A DNA stretch of 55,487 nucleotides from a bacterium (GTDB lineage: Bacteria > Hinthialibacterota > Hinthialibacteria > Hinthialibacterales > Hinthialibacteraceae). Position numbers and translations under genes: made by a program. Position 1 is the stretch's first letter. Every line of letters starts with the position of its first letter. The stretch is taken from positions 1 through 55,487 of the forward strand of contig CAXXSM010000035.1 of the NCBI GenBank assembly GCA_963663405.2, read 5' to 3'. Shown piece after piece: positions 51,142-55,487 of this stretch. Below the pieces are notes generated by a model. That model was given only the letters and a program-made list of their open reading frames with translations. It had not been told where the DNA came from and ran no database searches.

Positions 51142-52666
51142 ATGTACAAGAACGTCTTTCTAACTTCATCGCTTCTGATCGCTGTCTGTCTGTCATCCTT
51201 CGCCCAGCCGCTCGATCTTTCCGACCTATCCCAATTGACGCCGGGGCGGACCTACGCGCAAAACGCATTGTGGATCGAGAACGCATTGAGCGCTCGATTC
51301 AATACGTCCAAGAGCGTTGTGGTCGCCGAGGCGACCGGCCCGGCGGTTATAACCATGATTCATTTCGCCATGCCGCAGACGCTGAAGCTAAACCGCGATC
51401 TCCTTTTGAAAATGTACTGGGACGGCGAATCCACGCCCAGCGTGGAAGTTCCCCTGGTTGATTTCTTCTGCGATCCCGCCGGTCAAATGGATGAGGTCAA
51501 TACCGCTCTGGTGAACAAGGCGCGGGGATTCAACGCCTATTTCCCCATGCCCTTCCAGCGTTCGGCGCGGATCGAACTGGTTTACGATGGGCCGATCGAG
51601 CCGGGCAAAGACCTGTGGAAAATCATGCCCTGTTATAGTTACGTCATGGCGCGGACCCTGCCGGAGATCGGCTCTGATCGGGCATACTTTCACGCCTCCT
51701 GGCGGCAGGAAGGATTGCTGCTGGGCAAACGGGAATACGTTGCGCTGCAGGCGAAAGGGAAAGGGAAATTCATCGGCTGGAATCTGACCGTGCGGCGGCC
51801 TGGGCGATCCAATTACCCAGTGGATGAAAACGCCAAGTTTTACATCGACGGCGAGGCGGAGCCTTCCATCGAACTGCAGGGCATCGAGGATTCCTTCGGC
51901 TTCAGTTGGGGGTTCCCGCCTCAGAACGCCGCGTTCCCCTACACCGGATACGCCAAATATTTTCAGGGAGCCCTGGCCTACCGCTTCTTCATCCAAGACT
52001 CGATTTCTTTCGATGAATCGCTGCGCGTCACCGTCGATTACGGGGAAAACGAAGATCCGTTTTTCCGGCGGGAATACTCAAAACCGGGCAACGAACTGCA
52101 ACTCTCCAGCGTCGTTTATTGGTATCAACAGGAGCCCCATGCGCCACTGCCGCCTGCGCCCACCGCCGAAGATCGCCACCCCCGCTCCGGAAGATCCGTT
52201 CTGGCCGAGTGAAGAGAAACTTCCCTCGAAAGAGGAACTGCAGAGCCGGGGCGTAAAACTCCTGATGCTTTGCGGGCGCAAAAATCAGGAAGTAGTTTAC
52301 TCCGAAGACAGGCGCAAGGCGGAAGTGAAGCAGGGATTCAGCTGGGATGGCTTTCCGCCTCCGGTTTATCACTGCCGGGCTCATGAAAAAGAGTTAATCG
52401 TGGAGTTGACCGTTCCCCCGAAAACGGAAGGCGTGGTTCGTCTTTACGCCATCGATGCGGATAATTTCAAGGGCGGACGAAAAGAGGAAATCCGGGTGAA
52501 CGAAAAATCCCTGGGGGTACTCGACAAATTCCAGAAAGGGGCATGGGTTGAATGTCCCTTATCCGCCGAGGAAACTTCTCCGGGAAAAATTATCATTCGC
52601 GCCGTCAATCAACAATCCGACGCCAACGCAACGCTCTCCATTGTGGAATGGATCGAAAAGAAATAA
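51142..52666 (+). CDS. DUF2961 (GH172-like) secreted protein with a C-terminal accessory domain; frameshifted near 52180
   Basis: MYWDGE..PSVEVPLVDFF, NAYFPMPF, YFHASWR, GIEDSF, SSVVYWYQ; continues as PAPEDPFWPSEEK in the 51824-52666 frame. Confidence 0.8.
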
Positions 52667-52784
52667 ACCAGAGATTAATAACTGCTTGGAAGGTATTTTG
52701 AAGATAAAACAATCTGTCGCCGCGCTGTTTTTTACATTGTCGCCGATCGCCCCCGTATGGAGCCAAATTATAGCCTCCATGATT

Positions 52785-54101
52785 CTATTGGCTTTTCACT
52801 ACCAGCACCCAATCGGTATCGCCGGCATTATTCTTGCCGGGCGTGGAAAATTTATATGTCCCCGAATTTGAAAAAGGAGATCCTTCGATGGGATGGCTCT
52901 CTCCGTTAGTCGGATCGTACCAAAAGGCTTTACACTTTTTTGAAAGTGTAGATAAATTTACCGCCACGGTACGCGAACTGGGAATATATGCGACTGCGGC
53001 GTCTCCCGTATTAGTTCTACTCCCGGTTACATAATCTCCTTGTTTGAACGTTCCGTATCCATCGGTAATCCATTCATGCCGCTCGTCAGGAACCAGACGC
53101 TGCCATGGAAGCGTTTCCATTAACCTTCGAATCAAAGGAGCCTGCCGCGTCGATTCCGCATCAAGCACTTCCCGCCAATTCGATTCAAAACGCCAAAGCC
53201 GGGTACCCGCGCAATATCCGCAAGCGCCGGAAAGGATCGCCCACCAGGCGTTGCGTCGAATTCGGTATGGATTCCACAAATCACCCGCGTTGGCATCGGG
53301 TAAAAGTTCAATTGCATTGGGTTCCTTTTCATAACCCGTTTCACCGAGAATCACGGGCCGAATGGGATTGCTGCGATGATATTCGGGCAGGATGTGAAGA
53401 TAGGAAGCCCCATAAGTGTATCCCATGTCGACATCCAGCCATGAGTCATCATGATAAAATACGGCGCTGGCATACTCATGTTGATTGTGCGCTGTGTGCA
53501 TCTGCTGCGGAGCGAATGCTTTCATGATTTTGGCTAATACACGCGTACATTCGGCCAGGTTGTCATCGGGATTATGATCTCCGGCTTGCATCCACATCAA
53601 ATTGTCAAATCGCGCATACCGTTTGCCGATAAACTCTCCATACACTTTAGCATTATCGGGATTCACATGATGTAACCACAAACCTTTGCCATACCCGTAC
53701 CACAATTCGGACATGATCACAAATAATCCCCGCTTCTCCGCTTCCTCCAACACCTGATCGGCATAATGCCAATAAGACTCGACCGGTTGGGTGATGTCCG
53801 TATCGGGATGAAATGCTACGTTGCCATAGAAATCGCGGGAGGGGATGCGTTGATCGTCGAGAAATTCAAGGAACAAGGTGTTGAATCCCTTGGCGCAACG
53901 GTCGTCCATAATCCGGCGCACATCCTCGATCGGTAAATGCTGTAAAAACCAAGGCGTGTCGGCTAGAAGAAAAAAAGGCTGTTTGTTTTGATCGACGAGA
54001 TAACGGTGATTCTCACTGACCTTGAGTGGAAAAACAGGAGGTTCTGCAAAAGCGTATGCATTCATGAATAGAACAATGAAGACGATCGATCGATAGTTCA
54101 C
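52785..54101 (-). CDS. DUF4038 (GH140 apiosidase-like) protein with C-terminal collagen-binding-like domain
   Basis: PFFLLADTPW, KGFNT, GETGYE, WYDPTNG, DWVLV. Confidence 0.85.
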   Translation of the reverse strand: MNYRSIVFIVLFMNAYAFAEPPVFPLKVSENHRYLVDQNKQPFFLLADTPWFLQHLPIEDVRRIMDDRCAKGFNTLFLEFLDDQRIPSRDFYGNVAFHPDTDITQPVESYWHYADQVLEEAEKRGLFVIMSELWYGYGKGLWLHHVNPDNAKVYGEFIGKRYARFDNLMWMQAGDHNPDDNLAECTRVLAKIMKAFAPQQMHTAHNQHEYASAVFYHDDSWLDVDMGYTYGASYLHILPEYHRSNPIRPVILGETGYEKEPNAIELLPDANAGDLWNPYRIRRNAWWAILSGACGYCAGTRLWRFESNWREVLDAESTRQAPLIRRLMETLPWQRLVPDERHEWITDGYGTFKQGDYVTGSRTNTGDAAVAYIPSSRTVAVNLSTLSKKCKAFWYDPTNGESHPIEGSPFSNSGTYKFSTPGKNNAGDTDWVLVVKSQ

Positions 54102-54302
54102 GGCATATTCCTCTACGATCTAAAGTTTTATATATGGAATCGATCCATTGAAAGTAACACTCTCATCCGTCAATGTCAATTCTACGTTTCATCCTGTTGT
54201 TTATCATCGTTTGAGAATGTTTTTAGGGAGTTAATAATGTAGATTGTCTGGAATTACATGCGAACAGCCTGTACAACCAAGTACCCTTTGAGGGTGGTAC
54301 AT

Positions 54303-54349
54303 CAATAAGTATTCCCGCAATAAGTATTCCCGCAATAAGTATTCCCGCA
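54303..54349. repeat. Three perfect tandem copies of the 15-bp unit CAATAAGTATTCCCG
   Basis: 54303-54317, 54318-54332, 54333-54347. Confidence 0.95.
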
Positions 54350-54667
54350 GCGGAAAATTTGATCCCGGTAAAAAGCAGAATTGGATTTGCTCATTTCCTA
54401 TACCCGCGTCCGGATCAAAAACGCTTCTGAGATTGTCTTGACACTCGATAACTTTGGAAATCTAAACTAGGAGGCAAAAAATGGAAGGTTCGAATAAATA
54501 TCAACGGTCTAACTCTGTCAGCAGCGTTTAACCAAGTCGCATCCCCAGGGGAATAAAAAAAGATCATGAAAATACTGGTATAATTCTACGTTTTCGAGTG
54601 TTGGTTGTGTGTTGGTTGGAGGATTTTGAGGATTTATTCGAATTTCGTAAGTCTAGTGTTTTCAATA

Positions 54668-54741
54668 TCGGGGCGATTGGATTCGAACCAACGACCACCT
54701 GAACCCCATTCAGGTACGCTACCAGACTGCGCTACGCCCCG
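54668..54741 (-). tRNA. tRNA-Pro (GGG)
   Basis: CGGGGCGTAGCGCAGTCTGGTAGCG...CCTGA-ATGGGGT-TCAGG...GGTTCGAATCC...CGCCCCGA cloverleaf; CCA not encoded. Confidence 0.96.
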
Positions 54742-55057
54742 GTTTTATTCATTATTTTAATGTTTAATAGTATTTTAACGCTCCCTTAAATAGATTCCAG
54801 CCCTTTAGTCTACATCCTTATCAAAACTATTTAAAATCTGGAGCCGTGTAAATCTTTTAAAGGCATTTTAGCTTTGAAATGTTTAATTTGCAGATTGGCC
54901 TTGAAAGAATCGATTCGTTCTTTTCAGCCGCACTTTACTTTCCCGGCCAATCATCGCACCATAAATGAATCAACATTCGACCTGCGGAGAGATGGCGCCG
55001 GTCGGGAATTGGCTGACTAAATACTCAGACTCATAATTTTACAATATTAGGAGCAGA

Positions 55058-55487
55058 ATGATGAATACAGATCGAAGAGGATTTATAAAAACCGCTGGGC
55101 TCGGATTGACCGCGTTGGGCTTATTCGGCGCGAACGCCCGTTCTTCTGATAGCAGCGATTCATTTAAAATCGGTATGTGCGATTGGAATGTGCGTAATCA
55201 AAAAGGGGAAAGTGGAACCTGCCGCCCTGATTTCATCCCTATCGCCGCCGAAGCGCATTTAAAAGGCATCCAGGTCAGTGTAGGCTACCTGGACCAGCGT
55301 AACAATGACACCGTAGTTCCTCTCAGGATCCCGCCGTTCGCAATGAATACCTTGAATTGGGTAAAAAACACGGAATTCAATTCAACTCCGTCGCGGCGGG
55401 GAGCATCTGTAACAGCATTGCGCTTGGATATGAACCGGAATCAGCGATTTACGTCGTTGACGCGCTGGAAGCCGCGACCGCCTTAGG
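55058..55487 (+). CDS. Tat-exported sugar phosphate isomerase/epimerase-like protein, 3'-partial, probable frameshift near 55330
   Basis: DRRGFIK Tat motif; FKIGMCDWN; AGGAG RBS. Confidence 0.7.

Noticed and set aside
54350-54553. Possible serine-recombinase C-terminal remnant and tRNA-Glu-like 3' fragment (GTCGCATCCCCAGGGGAAT)
   Set aside because: The similarity is too short and degenerate to support without a search.

Overview
A 55.5 kb window of a diderm bacterial chromosome. The GspG-like pilin family (FTLIELLIVVAIIGILAAIAVPNFLNAQ) and the many Tat-exported Gfo/Idh/MocA and TIM-barrel proteins suggest a Hinthialibacterota/Sumerlaeota-like lineage; this is inference, not a database result. 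Coding content: secreted surface proteins, two pilin-like genes, a DUF2298 membrane protein, a PhzF-like protein, an ACT-malic enzyme, sugar oxidoreductases and hydrolases, a Pro/Thr-rich propeller pair with a PorV/FadL-like barrel, a TRAM-less methylthiotransferase-like radical SAM enzyme, a large hybrid kinase and tRNA-Pro(GGG). A four-gene operon encodes a coiled-coil protein, an OmpA protein with a longin-like domain, a Rab-like GTPase and a histidine kinase. The intergenic DNA is packed with at least three families of short palindromic repeats. One copy has a 12-bp target-site duplication, and several copies bracket AT-rich accessory genes as direct repeats, like cassettes. There is also an IS110 remnant with an intact structured non-coding end whose junction matches a REP terminus, and a decayed tyrosine integrase. 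The most promising leads are (i) a short C-terminal [S/T]-x(0-1)-V-x-x-W-x-L-Y motif on unrelated secreted proteins, a candidate sorting signal found near pilin-like and PorV-like genes; (ii) the small-GTPase envelope-signalling operon; (iii) the repeat-bracketed gene cassettes; and (iv) the IS110 bridge-RNA-like end. Several genes carry single-base indels, mostly in homopolymers, that are probably long-read assembly errors. No CRISPR array, rRNA or reverse transcriptase was seen.
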